From contig CBFFRP010000435.1 in NCBI GenBank assembly GCA_965644295.1, forward strand, positions 186,001 through 250,000: a DNA stretch of 64,000 bases, in the 5' to 3' direction. Every line of letters begins with the position of its first letter. Position 1 is the first letter of the stretch. This DNA comes from Paraphysomonas bandaiensis (Eukaryota; Protista; Chrysophyceae). The notes below the pieces were generated by a model that did no database searches, was not told the origin of the DNA, and saw only the letters and a program-made list of their open reading frames with translations. The position numbers and the translations under genes are program-made. Positions 13,142 through 25,794 of the stretch are shown in pieces.

Positions 13142-16100
13142 CTAATATAATCCCAACTCTGCGGCAACTTCTCCCCCGAATACTGTTGTTGGGCTTTCTG
13201 TTTTAGTTGTGGCAGCCTTCTTCTTTTTCTTTTGTTTGGGTTTAGGCACACTTTCCTCCTGATCATATACAGAAGCAGCATTAATAGAGTCATCTTCACT
13301 TTGTATAATAGGGGGGAGTTTTTCGGACTTCTCGTTGCCATCAGACAAACTTCCGCTTCGGATGCCATCGCTCAGCGTCGATGTCGCATCCTCTTCGTAG
13401 TCGTCATCATCTTCTTCAGACGCATCATCGTTATCATCGGGAAGTACTTCCTCTTCGTGAACTTCGAAATCTCTGTCGTCGAATCCGTAACTGTCACGCA
13501 ATTCGTAGGGGGTTTGCATTTTAGCAAACGCCATCTTCGTTCGAGCAACATCATTTTCTCCGGAGTCTAGATCATCTACAGTAGATGGATGGTCAACAGA
13601 GCTCTCAGAATTCATATTTGGTGGTTCAGGAGCAGGCGGGCCGCGACCAGCACAGTCCCCCTTGGATACTTCAACCTTCATTTTCCAGGGTGTAGGGTCG
13701 ATACCCTCGTCAATCGAATCACCTGCTAAAGGTCGAAGAGGACCAAATGTAGTAGCCTCATGACGTCTAATTTCTGGTTCCTCGAGATCTTCTGCATTTT
13801 TATTACTTGATTTTCCCTTTTATTACGGAGTTAGTAAATGTTTATCCGACGGGTCACAACTCACCTCGAGAGACATAGCTATGAGTGCAGCCACAGCACC
13901 TTCTTCAATGGTCTCGGATGCATCGGACGACAAATTCTTAAGTGATCTCGAACAATTAGCCTTCAGCTTCGGATTATCGCTCTGAGATAGCTTCAGAAGA
14001 ATTCGGTCTGCCCCAGCCTCAAGGAGAAACTGTCGCGACGACGGCATCTTTGATAGAGAATATATCACATGGACAATATTCGACAGTACAACCTCCTGCA
14101 TCAATCAAGTGCACATTAGCATTTGAACACGCTAAGAAGTATATCACTTACCCTAGGGTTCATCTCCAACATCAACACCACGAGATTAGAGATCGTCTTA
14201 TTCGCAAAAAAACTGCGGCTCTTGACGTCACTACAAAATATGCATAGGGTAGCGGCAAGTACTTCGACACACTGCGAAGTGAATTACAGAGCTTCATCAA
14301 CATCAATCAATTTCATACCTCCTTGTCATGTCCGACAATATCAACAAGCTCCACAGTTTCAGCTGATGCAACTCTATTTCTCGTGTCGATACTGTGAGAA
14401 GTGAACGCGTATAGAGCACATATCAAGTGATACAAAGTTGGAGGGCTCTTATCAAAGCGAATTACATTCTGAAGAATGTCAATAACCTCAGGACTGGCAA
14501 GGATATTAACACAGTAGCCATCATGACAAAAGCACCGGATCGTGGCCGCTACACACTGCGCGACAGTGCTGTCGTTTACTTGGCATAATTTCCGCAGAGT
14601 AGACTGCATTCCAAGCTCAAGCAATTCCGCATAGTCTTTGTAGTCGAAGCAAATGAAGTACATAATCTGTGCAACCCAAATCAGTACATTCGTATCCGTG
14701 TTCTTATCCACTAAGCGCATAATATTGCTAGCAAACAGAGGGGTTTGAAGATGGCATCTGGATTCCTTCGTCCACGATAATATCGCGAGCGACTTGACAC
14801 AAAACAAGTTCTTCTTCGTATCAACACTATCAAGCGCGACAGCCGTGATTGAAGATGGAAGTGACGACAATACACTTTTCATACGAAACTGTGGCTCTAA
14901 AGCTGCAGATAAGGCAGCCATAACACAGTGAAGTGAGGCATCTGCATTGACGAGTTTGGCACCATTACCAATAACTTCAAGAGCACCATGTTCAATCGCC
15001 TGAAACCGCACGCTATGACACAGTACTAAGTTGCATACAGTGTGCGCCACAACAATCTTTGTATCAATGTCATTAGTAAAACTGAAAGTGTCAAAGAGTG
15101 CTCTCACACCAGAATTCTTCTCCACAATTTTCACCCTTCCTTGTGGGAACACAGATATCTGGTTCATTAACTTTGCACAGCAATTAGTAATTGCATGGTT
15201 ATGCAGACTGCAGAGATTGGCAAGAGCGCCAACTATTCCATCCTCAATTAGGGAATCTACTGTTTCTTCATCCAAGAGGTTTGACAGAGCATGGACACAC
15301 AGCAGTTTCGTCTCAATATCCACACTCCGCACCATACTTATCATCATGAGGGCTTGAACTCCACCCTCTCGAACCACTTGTACGCGTGTATGTGTATGAC
15401 GAGATAAATTGCACAGTGCCTTCGCACAACACATCTGGTTAACTTCGTAATACGAGTCCGCAAGCTTAGCAATGATCTCCACAACACCTTCTTCCACCAT
15501 ACGATCTTGGACCCTGTCCTCACATGACAGGTTTGCATATGCTACGAGACACCGTTGGCGAGTGATGTCATCAGTCATTTCCGACAGGTGGTTTAATGCC
15601 GATATGATATTGTTGTCACACAGAGACTCACGGCACGTCTCATAGTAGGAAAGTGAGGACAGAACTGCACAACAAAATTGTTTCGTGATTACATCACCTT
15701 CGAGTGCACCTTGAACCACATTCGTCACTGCACCCGACTCAAGAATAAGAACGCAGTTTTCGACTGTGGTGCAGAGACGACACAGTGCAGCGCATCCATA
15801 CCTTACCGTCTCGATATCATCAGCAACTAGTAACTTGACAAGGGCAGGAATGATACCATCAGCCACCATGCGTTGCATTCCTATCTCATAGGTGGCGATG
15901 TTACATAGGGTTGCTGCACATCGACGTTTGGTGATGGCGGAATTGTGAGATGCAAGGTTTATGACCGACGTAATCGCCCCTGCGTTGACGATATGCTTCC
16001 TTGAGTCCTCCGCACAACTGAGATTAAAGTATGCTAGGGCGCAAAAGTCCTTCAATAAAGGGCTCTCATGAGCACTGAGGACAGTAAGAGTTGTCACAAG

Positions 16101-17963
16101 GCCTTGTTGAACTATTGGTAAGTGGTTATCAGGAGAAGATAACAGGTTGCAAAGAGCAAGCAAGCCATGCTGAAGAGTAAATATATCGCCCGAGAGACGA
16201 AGCAAAGACGCAATTGCTGCCACGCTTCCCTCCTGCACAATGGTGATACGTACTGACGGTCTGCTGGAGAGAAGCTGGAAGGCAACAGCTGCTGGTTGCG
16301 ATATACCGGGAATGGTGGGATATTTGACAGCAATATTACACAGAGCCATGATTCCTCCATCACTGATAACGCGAGTGCTATTCGAAGACTCGAGGGCCAG
16401 ACGAGATAGAGCAAGACCAATACATCTAAGTATAATCGGGTCTTGGTCAGAGGACAGACCATACGCTACTTGAACACAGTTACGTGACACCATTTCCGTG
16501 CGACAGGCTTTCGTAGCTGTCAAATTCTGTAGAATGACGGCACATACACGACGGGTACGGGTTTCCGCCCCCCTAGCTAGAGTTCCCAGGACAGAGATAA
16601 CACCCTCTTCAACCATACGTAGACGGATTCCTTTGAGATCTGCTAAATTACACAGCGCCGCTGCGCAGAGGTGCTTTACACTGGCCGTGCCCGAAGAAGA
16701 CAGCGTAATGAGGGCCCGTATAACTCGTTCCATCATTGGGTAAGAAGTATCTATGCAAGTCAAATTATAAAGACCTCGACAGCATGCAGAGTGTAAGTCG
16801 GATCTTTGGCTGATAAGATTCATGAAACAAAGCACAATACTGTCCTCTACCAATTGCCACTCTCGTCCAGTTATGCGCGTTAAATTCAGAAGACAAATCG
16901 CCAAATTTCCCGAAATGAAATCATCATTGCATGATGTGATCATTTCAGATATAACATTTACACACTTTTCTTCAATCATCTTTTCTGCCAATATCGTGTG
17001 CTCAGACATATATCTAAACGCACCAGCACAATACACAGATATCTTAGGGACCTTCTCATTCGCAAGCAGGATAATAGCACGAACTGCTCCTTCTTGAGCG
17101 AGTCTTTGGGCATTAGAAGGGTTTCGCGCCCAATTACAGAGGGCAGTTGCACAATACAGCTTGGAGCTAATCTCCGTTGCGTCATCATCACCACTGTTTT
17201 GAACGACATTCCTTACCGCTAAATCAGCTTCATCATCGGGCCCCTGAGAGTCCTCCATCTGCAGAGTATTCGCTCGGGAGAATGATTTCAAAGTAGCTGT
17301 ATCTTGGGATCGTTTGGGAGGCATTCTCGAGAGGTAAAGCATACCACCCATATATTCGCCAGCCGTACCGAACATATCACCTTCGTATTTCGGAAGGATA
17401 TGCTTCATTCCAGCGCCAAAAATAGCTTTCATTTCCTTGGCACTATCATGATCATCATCTTTAGCGGCTTCATCTTTAGCAGCCATGCGTTGGGCACGCT
17501 GTTTGGCCAGTTTTTTCTCCAGCTTCACAGTGGCTAAGTTCTTTTCCTCGTTCTCCGGTAAACGGAGGGGCTTTCCGCGCTCCCTTTGTATATCCAACAA
17601 TACTCTTGGCGGGGGGGACTCTGGTATATGGAGGAATCTCTTGCGAGTATTTCTCATACTCGATGAAGTTTTCTTTTCACTCTCGTTGACTTTTGATATA
17701 GCAATGGAAGACGCTCCAATAACATGCGACCTGAACAACATATCTTTGTACCGTTTGTCACCCGCGTGATCAAACCCTGCTTTATTCTTGTTTTCGCGGC
17801 GCTTTTTATCGGCTTTCATGTCATTCAAAAGCTCCTGAAGGTTAACCCCTGCAAGTTCGGCAAATCGCTCTCGAAGCTCATCACCAGCAGGGTTTCCTGA
17901 CTCATGTCTTATTTTACATGGTAATTTCTTTCGTTCCCACTGCCATAATTTGTCCAATTCCAT
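13142..17963 (-). CDS. large armadillo-repeat protein (Vac8-like repeats) with acidic C-terminal tail
   Basis: 1216-aa first exon full of ARM repeats (CAAALCNL, G[VAI][IV]xxL). Short introns near 14272-14318, 14097-14151 and 13818-13864 link it to the 13142-13681 ORF. Confidence 0.85.
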
Positions 17964-18495
17964 ATCTGCAGAGGTGTATATAAGACAAGCTCTTTATCGT
18001 TGAATAAATCGTTTGTATCTGTTTATCATTGACAGAGACTGTGTAGCAGTTACTCAGTTCGCTATCTTCAATAGCAGTACACAGTTAATGCAGTGTGTAA
18101 TAGATGTTATCACTCTCTTTCAGACATCTACTGATAGATGCCTCTCTCCATATATATATATATGTATATATGTGTATGTATGTATGTGTATGTATGTATA
18201 CAGTGCTCTCATCCGCTGTATGTACCTAACATCAAGCTGTAACTGCTACTGTAGATCGTCTGGTAGTCTCCCGTATTCTGTTTTTGTAGCACTGTGTGTA
18301 GGGAAGGAATACCATGGAATACCCTGTATATCTAGGGGGCCCTTATACATATACGTACAGCAGTATTATGGGTATACATACCTACCGGTATATGCTCTGT
18401 ATACCTGTATAGGCATACAGCAGATAGCTCCTGCCTCTTGCTATAGCGAACTTAACTTATAGCCTATCGAGTCACTTATACACCAGACAAACAAG

Positions 18496-19553
18496 ATGAT
18501 GCTACTCTCTATCGCATCTTTTATTTTAATTGCATGGATTGGCATCTCTATTTCAATTTTATCGAATCCAGTCTGCGATATTTATTCCTCTCATGACACT
18601 TATGACAATCAAGATAACTCTCGTATAGTAGCTGTAGGAGATATTCATGGATCATTCACTGAATTTATGCTTATACTTAAGAAAGCTGGAATAACTGATG
18701 GGGAAACATGTCGATGGTTACCTCAGAAATACCCCACGAAGTTAATTCAGATTGGAGATGTCGTTGATAGAGGGTCCGGTGCCACTGAAGCATGGGAATG
18801 TTTGGAGACATTGCAGTTAGAAGCACCTTCCAATGCCAATGTGATACGATTGATAGGAAATCATGAGCTTATGTGGTTGCAAGGAAACTTTCGTGATAGA
18901 TCTCGCGCCGACACCAAGAAGAAAGTGGAAAAGTTAGTTGGAAAAATGAAAAGTGGAATTCGTAGTGGTACTGTGATTGCTTCACATGTGGAAAGAATCC
19001 ACAACATTCCCCTCATGTTTGTGCATGCTGGCTTTCGTCCTGAAATGATTCAGTACCTAAAAAGCCATCATGGTAGTGATGGCTCTCCCGAAAGCTTGTC
19101 CCGGACACTGAACAGTATTGTAAAGGGGACTCTGCAAACTCAGTGTCTGTCAGACTCCAGCCCATGTTCTTTATCGGACGCTGTGTTTGGTGCAGGACCG
19201 GATAGGGGTGGAATGGGGATTGGGGGACCCTTCTGGACTGACTACAAGGTTCTTGCGAAAGCTGCCGCTGGTGGTGTGCCACAAGACCCGTACATGATGC
19301 AGGTGTATTTTGTATTCGTTATTGTTACTTTGAGTTTTTTACTTTTCCAAAACAGATTGTAGGCCACACCGCTAGTCCGGGAAGTGTGCGATATGCAGCA
19401 CACATGACTGCACTCTGCATTGACGCTGCGATGATGGTCGGAGTTGTATCATATCTTGAAATTAGTGTCACTGGCAAGTTTTTTATTCATATGCTGAATA
19501 GTCGTACAAGTGACTGGGATACTCACGATTTGACGTCGAAAACTTGCTCATGA
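18496..19553 (+). CDS. Shewanella-like PPP metallophosphoesterase (SLP/Shelph) with N-terminal signal or TM segment
   Basis: GDIHG, GDVVDRG, GNHE and HAG motifs, then IVGHT after intron 19303-19355. TGA at 19551-19553. Confidence 0.85.
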
Positions 19554-19848
19554 AACTGTAGTAATACATAGAGTGTATATACGTTAGCAATATTATTGAG
19601 AGGATGTTTTCTTGTTTTGTGTATATGCACCATTGAATGGAGTGCTGAATGTTAGTTCTGCAATCTTCGTGCTAGAGGACAAAAAAGGAATATGATAACA
19701 TCGATCTGTGTTTTTTTTAACAATCTGAGGACTGGAATAACGACTTCTATAACGTTACGTTTTCTACCACTTAGAGCTAAGTTAGACAGCTAGTGAACAT
19801 ATGTACTATGCACATTGTCCACTGTTAAATACAATATTAAAAATTATA

Positions 19849-20682
19849 TTATTTATATGGCATAATTATACGTTTCAATGACTCTGATCGTTGCATTGCC
19901 AGTCTAGCAGTATCAGGGTTGATGAAAGACAACAGCTTGTCGACGTCAGCTTGAGCGAACTGCTCTACAATTTTCCACATCGACGGGTCTCTAGATATAT
20001 TAATAATACATTCAGGATCCAGTCCTTTTCTAACTACGCTAGGTGCACAAGCAATTGTCCCAGGTGACAGAACCAAACAATGTACAAAAACCTCTGCCAC
20101 TAACTGGTCCTGTTGGATGACTTTCAATATTTCATCTAAACATTCCTTAAAACGTTCTTCACTCGCGTTTTCCCCATGACGAACGTTATAGATAGCAAGC
20201 AGTAATTCAATTGATAGTGCATCTGAAATAACGCTACCAGAATTCGTGCATTTACTCCGTATTGAAGATTGTGAAAGTCGAGTCTCCATAACCTGCATTA
20301 CCACGGACGTGGTATATTCCGCTGCACTACTGGGAGACCTGTGCTTCAAATACTGGCCAAAACATTCTCCAAGAACCTCTGACGCTTTCTCGTTCCATGA
20401 TAGTAATGGAGATGAAATAATAGCTCTAAATATACAATCGTGGGGTGCGCTTATTATGCCTGCTATACTCATGTCCAAGAATGAAACATCTGCTATTTTA
20501 ACTTTATCTTGTACGCTTTCAGCACACACCTGATTTCCATACTTCGATACTAAGCTTGCCCATTTGAAACTCTTAGTAACAGTAATTGGAGTCCAATTTA
20601 AGAACTTTAAGCTTCTTGTCATATGTAACACATTGAAGAACGTTACGATATATTTCTCAATAGATTCTTGCGGCGGAGACAT
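19849..20682 (-). CDS. hypothetical helical protein, 277 aa
   Basis: Uninterrupted ATG-initiated ORF, divergent from the 21238 gene. No motif recognised. Confidence 0.6.
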   Translation of the reverse strand: MSPPQESIEKYIVTFFNVLHMTRSLKFLNWTPITVTKSFKWASLVSKYGNQVCAESVQDKVKIADVSFLDMSIAGIISAPHDCIFRAIISSPLLSWNEKASEVLGECFGQYLKHRSPSSAAEYTTSVVMQVMETRLSQSSIRSKCTNSGSVISDALSIELLLAIYNVRHGENASEERFKECLDEILKVIQQDQLVAEVFVHCLVLSPGTIACAPSVVRKGLDPECIINISRDPSMWKIVEQFAQADVDKLLSFINPDTARLAMQRSESLKRIIMPYK

Positions 20683-21237
20683 GAAACTGTACCCAGCAGA
20701 TCGGTTGATATCGATTCGCTGGATTCACATCTCATAGCAAATGCTGATTGTGATATTTAGAGCCCCCATCTATGACTATATAAGACACTGAGTTACTGTA
20801 TTGTAATATACACACACAGTATATACTGTTGCACGTACACACGTATATCATACGGCCTGTATATCAGAATACCGTATCTACAGTATACATACCGTATTCT
20901 ACCTCACCATCTAAATATTTTTCCAAGAAATTTGTTTCAACTGTTGCCAATATTTGGTTGAAGATATCACAGTTTTGGAGTTCGAGAGTGATGTAATGTA
21001 CATATCCTGGTGGTGTGTGTGGTGCTGGGCTACTATAAAAATTGTTCGAGATCATTTTGACCTGATACAAATACCACTCTCCTATATATATATACTGTAC
21101 TACAGTATCTACAGCTGTGAAGTTCAACACCCTCACCCATATATATATACATACCACAGCACACCAGATCCTCCATACTCCACCCTCTCACTCCACTATT
21201 ATGAACTAGGAAAGAACTCACATCATATACTATACAT

Positions 21238-24200
21238 ATGATGTGGATAGGAGTATTACTTTATCTCCCTCTATTAACTGTGATTAAAGGATTCTCTCTC
21301 AGTGATTACTTTAAGATCTCTGATAGTTTTACGGGTTATATAGATAACACTGTAGAGTATCATCCATATGATGTATATATCCAAGTTAATAGGGCAGATT
21401 TTCAATGGGTGTTACTTGGACAAACACGGAAGTGTCAGATACGAGTCGAGCATAGCCCATGGATGGATAGTAAGATATCTCTACAGGGTCGATCCAGTAG
21501 ATTTCTACCATTACCAAAGAAACCCTATAAAGTCAGAATGTCTACTGAAGATGGGGTTAATCATGAGCTTGTATTCAAACATTCCTATGAAGATCCATCT
21601 TTTTCTCGAGAAAAGTTGGCTCAAGATGTGGTAATGAACACTGATGGTATGTCTATAGCTGTTACTCATGTTAACCTCTATATAAATGGCGAGTACAACG
21701 GATTGTATCAGATGAGGGAGACTGTTGAGGTTAAGATGCTTCATAGATGGTTTGGAAAGCAACCAGAGGTGTGGTACAATGTCGCTGACCAGTACGGTAT
21801 TGATGTTATCACACCTGCTGGAGAACAATTTACAACTAACTTGAAGAAACTGGAAAGAGCAGACACCAGCAGTAAATTCGAACTCACAAAGCCTCTCTAC
21901 GATCTCTCTAACAAGTCTGTTCCTATGCACGCTGTTGTTAATCTTACATCCCTGAATGCGGTATTGATATCTATGAAACTTTTGCTTATTACAGACGTCT
22001 CGGTGCGAAATTTCTTTCTTGCAGTTGATCCAGATACATCCTTGATACACACGATATTATGGGACGCAGATCAAACACTTGGTGTCCATCAAAACGAGGG
22101 CGCTTCTATCGAAGTCTCACCCCAATTACCTTATTTCAAAGCTGTTGGTCGTAAGTTGTGGCCATCGTCTAAAGAAAAAATCTTTAGCGGAACGAACGCT
22201 GGGCGCACCGAGTACGATACATATAATGATACCGTCTATCGGGTAATGGACAAACCGGATGGTGCGCTGAGTGTAGACTCTTTAAAAAAATTTACGGAAA
22301 CAATGCGACGCGCTCTTGCGCCTTCTGCGAAGAAAGATGCGGATAAATGGAGTGGATGGTACTGCGCTGGACGTATGGATTTTGACAGTGCTATGGAAGA
22401 GATGGAGACCGTACTTTTGGCACGTCGTCACAATTACTTGGCGGGAGATACTGGGGATCAGATTGAGGGAAACTTCTACAAGCCTTATGGATGTGATGAC
22501 CAGTATGTAGGGAAAGCAGACAGCGGCATGCTTCTTTTTCTCACTTTGGTGCTATGTATAAATAGCGTTGCCTTCTTGGTGCCTTCATCTCTCCCTATGT
22601 CACTTGTATCCAAAACCGAACCTATTTCTTTCAAGCAACTGTACTCCACTATATTGCCGAGTTATATGCAAGATTGTAAGGAACGACTACTTATGTACGA
22701 TTACTGGTTGAATGTTTGTGTGGCTCTTCTTCTTTACTTCGGCTATAAGGTGTACGCCTTCTACGATGTACTTGATGACTCTGAGATTCTAGGCAATGAG
22801 TATATGGCCGATGTAAAGTATATATGGATATACTTCGCAGTTGCTATCAATGTCACCTTTCTTGTTCGCAACAATATTTTTCGGGTTGTAATGTGGATAA
22901 TCATAGTGGTCTTCACTAATATATACACTATTATTGATCTAGTAGAGTTCGTGGGTGCTGAAAGCGATGAAAGTTCAGTTAACAGTAAGGGTATATCAAT
23001 ATCGGTGGACAATGCGGACTATCCCGCTGTTTTTGCCCTTTTTGTAGCCTGGAGAGTAACTTCGCAGTTCGTTATCATGGCCTACAGTCTGCGCATTCCT
23101 AGCATATCTCGTGAAATAACCTTGTTCCTTGATGCATATGATCTTGGCAAGGGAATTGTGAAGGCTTCGCTTCTGGAGCTATCTGCGGTTAAGATTGTAA
23201 AACGTGATGCAGTTGTACCACATTTGACTTCGCGTGAAGGAGACTTAAGTGGCTCTAATAGCTGTGAACATAACCAATGTGAAGATGACGGGATTTCGAA
23301 GGAGAAACCAGCTGAGTGGAATGAAGCAGAAGAAACATCCCTACCAGACGAGTGTTGCCAGGATCTGGAAATGTGTAATTATGCTGTATTAGGATCCGAT
23401 ATACCGCGTGAAAATACACTTGAATGCGAGCCTACTGTAAAAAACTCCGTTGAAAATAACGCTGAGCAACGCGCTGCCTATAAGAAGTCAATGAAATCAT
23501 TCATGCGCCTCAACATGGCTGTTTTTATTGCAATATGTGTCGCTTTCATAATCTATATCGGGGTCAAAGGCAAGCTCAAGAAGGTTGCGAGTGATATATT
23601 CTTTTCGACGTTTCTTTCCATTGCTATCCTGATAAATATTCGCGCATTTTACTCATGCTGCAAGTGGTTCTGGCTCTTTGCATATGGATTTGATACGTCA
23701 GCATTGGATATAATGTTTAGTAGCAGAGATAATGATGACACCTGGTCCCTTTCTGCTGTCAAGACAATGCCTGTTGTAACCCGTCAGACGCCCTTCAATT
23801 ACTTGCTACCCTTTCAAGCGTTATCAACAGAGAAAAAGGTACGCGCTGTAGATGGATGGATCAAAAAGTTTGCACATACATACGATGGTCTGCTTGTTTT
23901 CGTCTTGAGTGCTGAAAGCTTCAGTCATGGTGGGAATTCCATAGAAACATACAGCCTCGCCTATGCGATATCACTGATATACATGATCATATATGTTTTG
24001 ACTTATAGTAGCAACAACAGCTGGTCGTGGATAATGTACGGTGCCAAGGCTCGTATCATGGATGGTTATTTGGGGAGGGAGAACGAGATATTCGGGTACA
24101 TGTTCGACAAATATATGCTACCAGTCTCAGCCCCATTGTTGTTATGGCTCAATGGTATTGCTCATGGCGAAAACGAAATTATCTACTTAACATGGTACAT

Positions 24201-24522
24201 TTTTATGCCCATCATTATTGGGGACTCATTTGCGGAGATTGTGGGTGGTACTTGGGGAAAGCAACGCATCAAAGTGTTTGGAATGGGGGAGGAGAACAAG
24301 AAGAGTTGGGAAGGGACAATCGCGATGTTTGCGAGCAGTTTTATCATTCTGGTCGTAGTTAACATCTACGCGGGACTTGCTTGGCATTGGTATTTATTTG
24401 CATTCATCAATTGTATTGTTGCCACAGTCGTAGAACTCTACGCATATCGGAGCACTGACAATGTATGCATGCTTCTGCTAAGTTCCTTATTAGCAGTTGC
24501 GTATGTCACTATAAAAAGTTAG
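21238..24522 (+). CDS. CotH-like atypical kinase fused through a multi-TM region to a phytol/dolichol-kinase-like (CTP-dependent, cytidylyltransferase-family) domain, 1094 aa, intronless
   Basis: Signal peptide. CotH motifs GRSSR..PKKPYKV, SFSREKLA, VNLYINGEYNGLY..RE, D...RNFFL, ILWDADQTLG. C-terminal IGDSFAEIVGGTWGK...NKKSWEGT...VEL.....DN motif. Confidence 0.8.
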   Translation: MMWIGVLLYLPLLTVIKGFSLSDYFKISDSFTGYIDNTVEYHPYDVYIQVNRADFQWVLLGQTRKCQIRVEHSPWMDSKISLQGRSSRFLPLPKKPYKVRMSTEDGVNHELVFKHSYEDPSFSREKLAQDVVMNTDGMSIAVTHVNLYINGEYNGLYQMRETVEVKMLHRWFGKQPEVWYNVADQYGIDVITPAGEQFTTNLKKLERADTSSKFELTKPLYDLSNKSVPMHAVVNLTSLNAVLISMKLLLITDVSVRNFFLAVDPDTSLIHTILWDADQTLGVHQNEGASIEVSPQLPYFKAVGRKLWPSSKEKIFSGTNAGRTEYDTYNDTVYRVMDKPDGALSVDSLKKFTETMRRALAPSAKKDADKWSGWYCAGRMDFDSAMEEMETVLLARRHNYLAGDTGDQIEGNFYKPYGCDDQYVGKADSGMLLFLTLVLCINSVAFLVPSSLPMSLVSKTEPISFKQLYSTILPSYMQDCKERLLMYDYWLNVCVALLLYFGYKVYAFYDVLDDSEILGNEYMADVKYIWIYFAVAINVTFLVRNNIFRVVMWIIIVVFTNIYTIIDLVEFVGAESDESSVNSKGISISVDNADYPAVFALFVAWRVTSQFVIMAYSLRIPSISREITLFLDAYDLGKGIVKASLLELSAVKIVKRDAVVPHLTSREGDLSGSNSCEHNQCEDDGISKEKPAEWNEAEETSLPDECCQDLEMCNYAVLGSDIPRENTLECEPTVKNSVENNAEQRAAYKKSMKSFMRLNMAVFIAICVAFIIYIGVKGKLKKVASDIFFSTFLSIAILINIRAFYSCCKWFWLFAYGFDTSALDIMFSSRDNDDTWSLSAVKTMPVVTRQTPFNYLLPFQALSTEKKVRAVDGWIKKFAHTYDGLLVFVLSAESFSHGGNSIETYSLAYAISLIYMIIYVLTYSSNNSWSWIMYGAKARIMDGYLGRENEIFGYMFDKYMLPVSAPLLLWLNGIAHGENEIIYLTWYIFMPIIIGDSFAEIVGGTWGKQRIKVFGMGEENKKSWEGTIAMFASSFIILVVVNIYAGLAWHWYLFAFINCIVATVVELYAYRSTDNVCMLLLSSLLAVAYVTIKS

Positions 24523-24824
24523 ACTATTATCGAGTATCTGTACCTACTGACAAAGTCTCGAATCCCTTTTTATGACGAAATTCACTGCTTGCTGATTTGA
24601 CAATATAGATAACTGTATATTTTTTATTATTCAATTATAACGTGGCGATAATAATATCAAAGTAATATATTTGAAATATATATCTACCGTAATGCTGGTC
24701 GTTATACTATAGGCAAGTTTACGTAGCTCAATATTTTTAATTCTTAAAAATTTAGGCAATTACATACAAAACTAAGTTAGGAATTGAAAACAATCGCGAG
24801 CATATATCGAACTATGATTATATT

Positions 24825-25103
24825 TGTTGAGTTGTCCTGTTTGAGAGCAATTAAAAGCTGTAGTTCTACGATACTCAGAATTATGACCGTTACATATTAC
24901 ATGAAGAATACAGTAGTGATTAACAGTATTAAATGAATTATATAGTAGAGAAACTGAAATATACTGCTGGTATAAGATCTTATGAAAATGATTAGTAGTT
25001 GAGATAACATAAATTAGGCAAATGACAATGAATGATAAGTGAGATTGATTACAATTCATAAGTAAAGCATTGAGTGTATATTACGTTCAGCTAATAGCTT
25101 ACA
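24825..25103 (+). mobile_element. solo LTR related to the copia LTR at 58888-59173
   Basis: Starts TGTTGAGTTGTCCTGTTTGAGAGCAATTAAAAGCTGTAGTT, against TGTTGAGTTTTGCTGTTTGTGAGCAATTAAAAGCTGTAGTT for the copia LTR. Shares GAATACAGTAGT and AAACTGAAATATACTG. Right end approximate; no clean TSD. Confidence 0.75.
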
Positions 25104-25794
25104 CCATCCTAATTGTGTCAAATACATAACCCAACCAACATCAAAATAGTACAAAATCATTAATATCACTCGTTAATCTAGATCAATTCTATACAATACA
25201 GTAAATCACATTATGAACCCCACCCTACGTCAGTATTATTGTCGATATTCCTGACGCAATTGCAGCCAAAGCAAACTCCTTGCAGGATATACTATGTGAC
25301 GTTGTAATCGAATGACCAGTCATTTCTGAAATATATATGGTAAAAATGTCGCATACTCAAAGTGTACTATGTGCATAAATACAAACCTCTATCAGACGAC
25401 TCACGGAATTCACATGAAGTTCGGTCAGAATCAATAGATCTCTCGTCAATGCCCAGTGATCGACCAAGGGTACAAGAGACAGGCATCTCACCGATAATTA
25501 GGAAGTCAGGAGAATATGCAAGTGATTCTTTCACGAATTCTGAGACGACAGATTCGCGATCAGCATAAATACTCTAAATAATATACATCAAATCAGCACT
25601 AATATACAGTATATGTAACCTTCATATCATAGCCTTGATCTCTATAAGTTTTGCAAAAATCGTATACATGAGAATGATTGACTTTCTTTTCCGTTTGGGA
25701 CTCTAGCAGTCCGACGTGAATCAATACCAAGTTATCTCCTTGTTTCGCAAGGCATCTCGCGTACTAACACAATACCTCAATAACACAGTAATAG

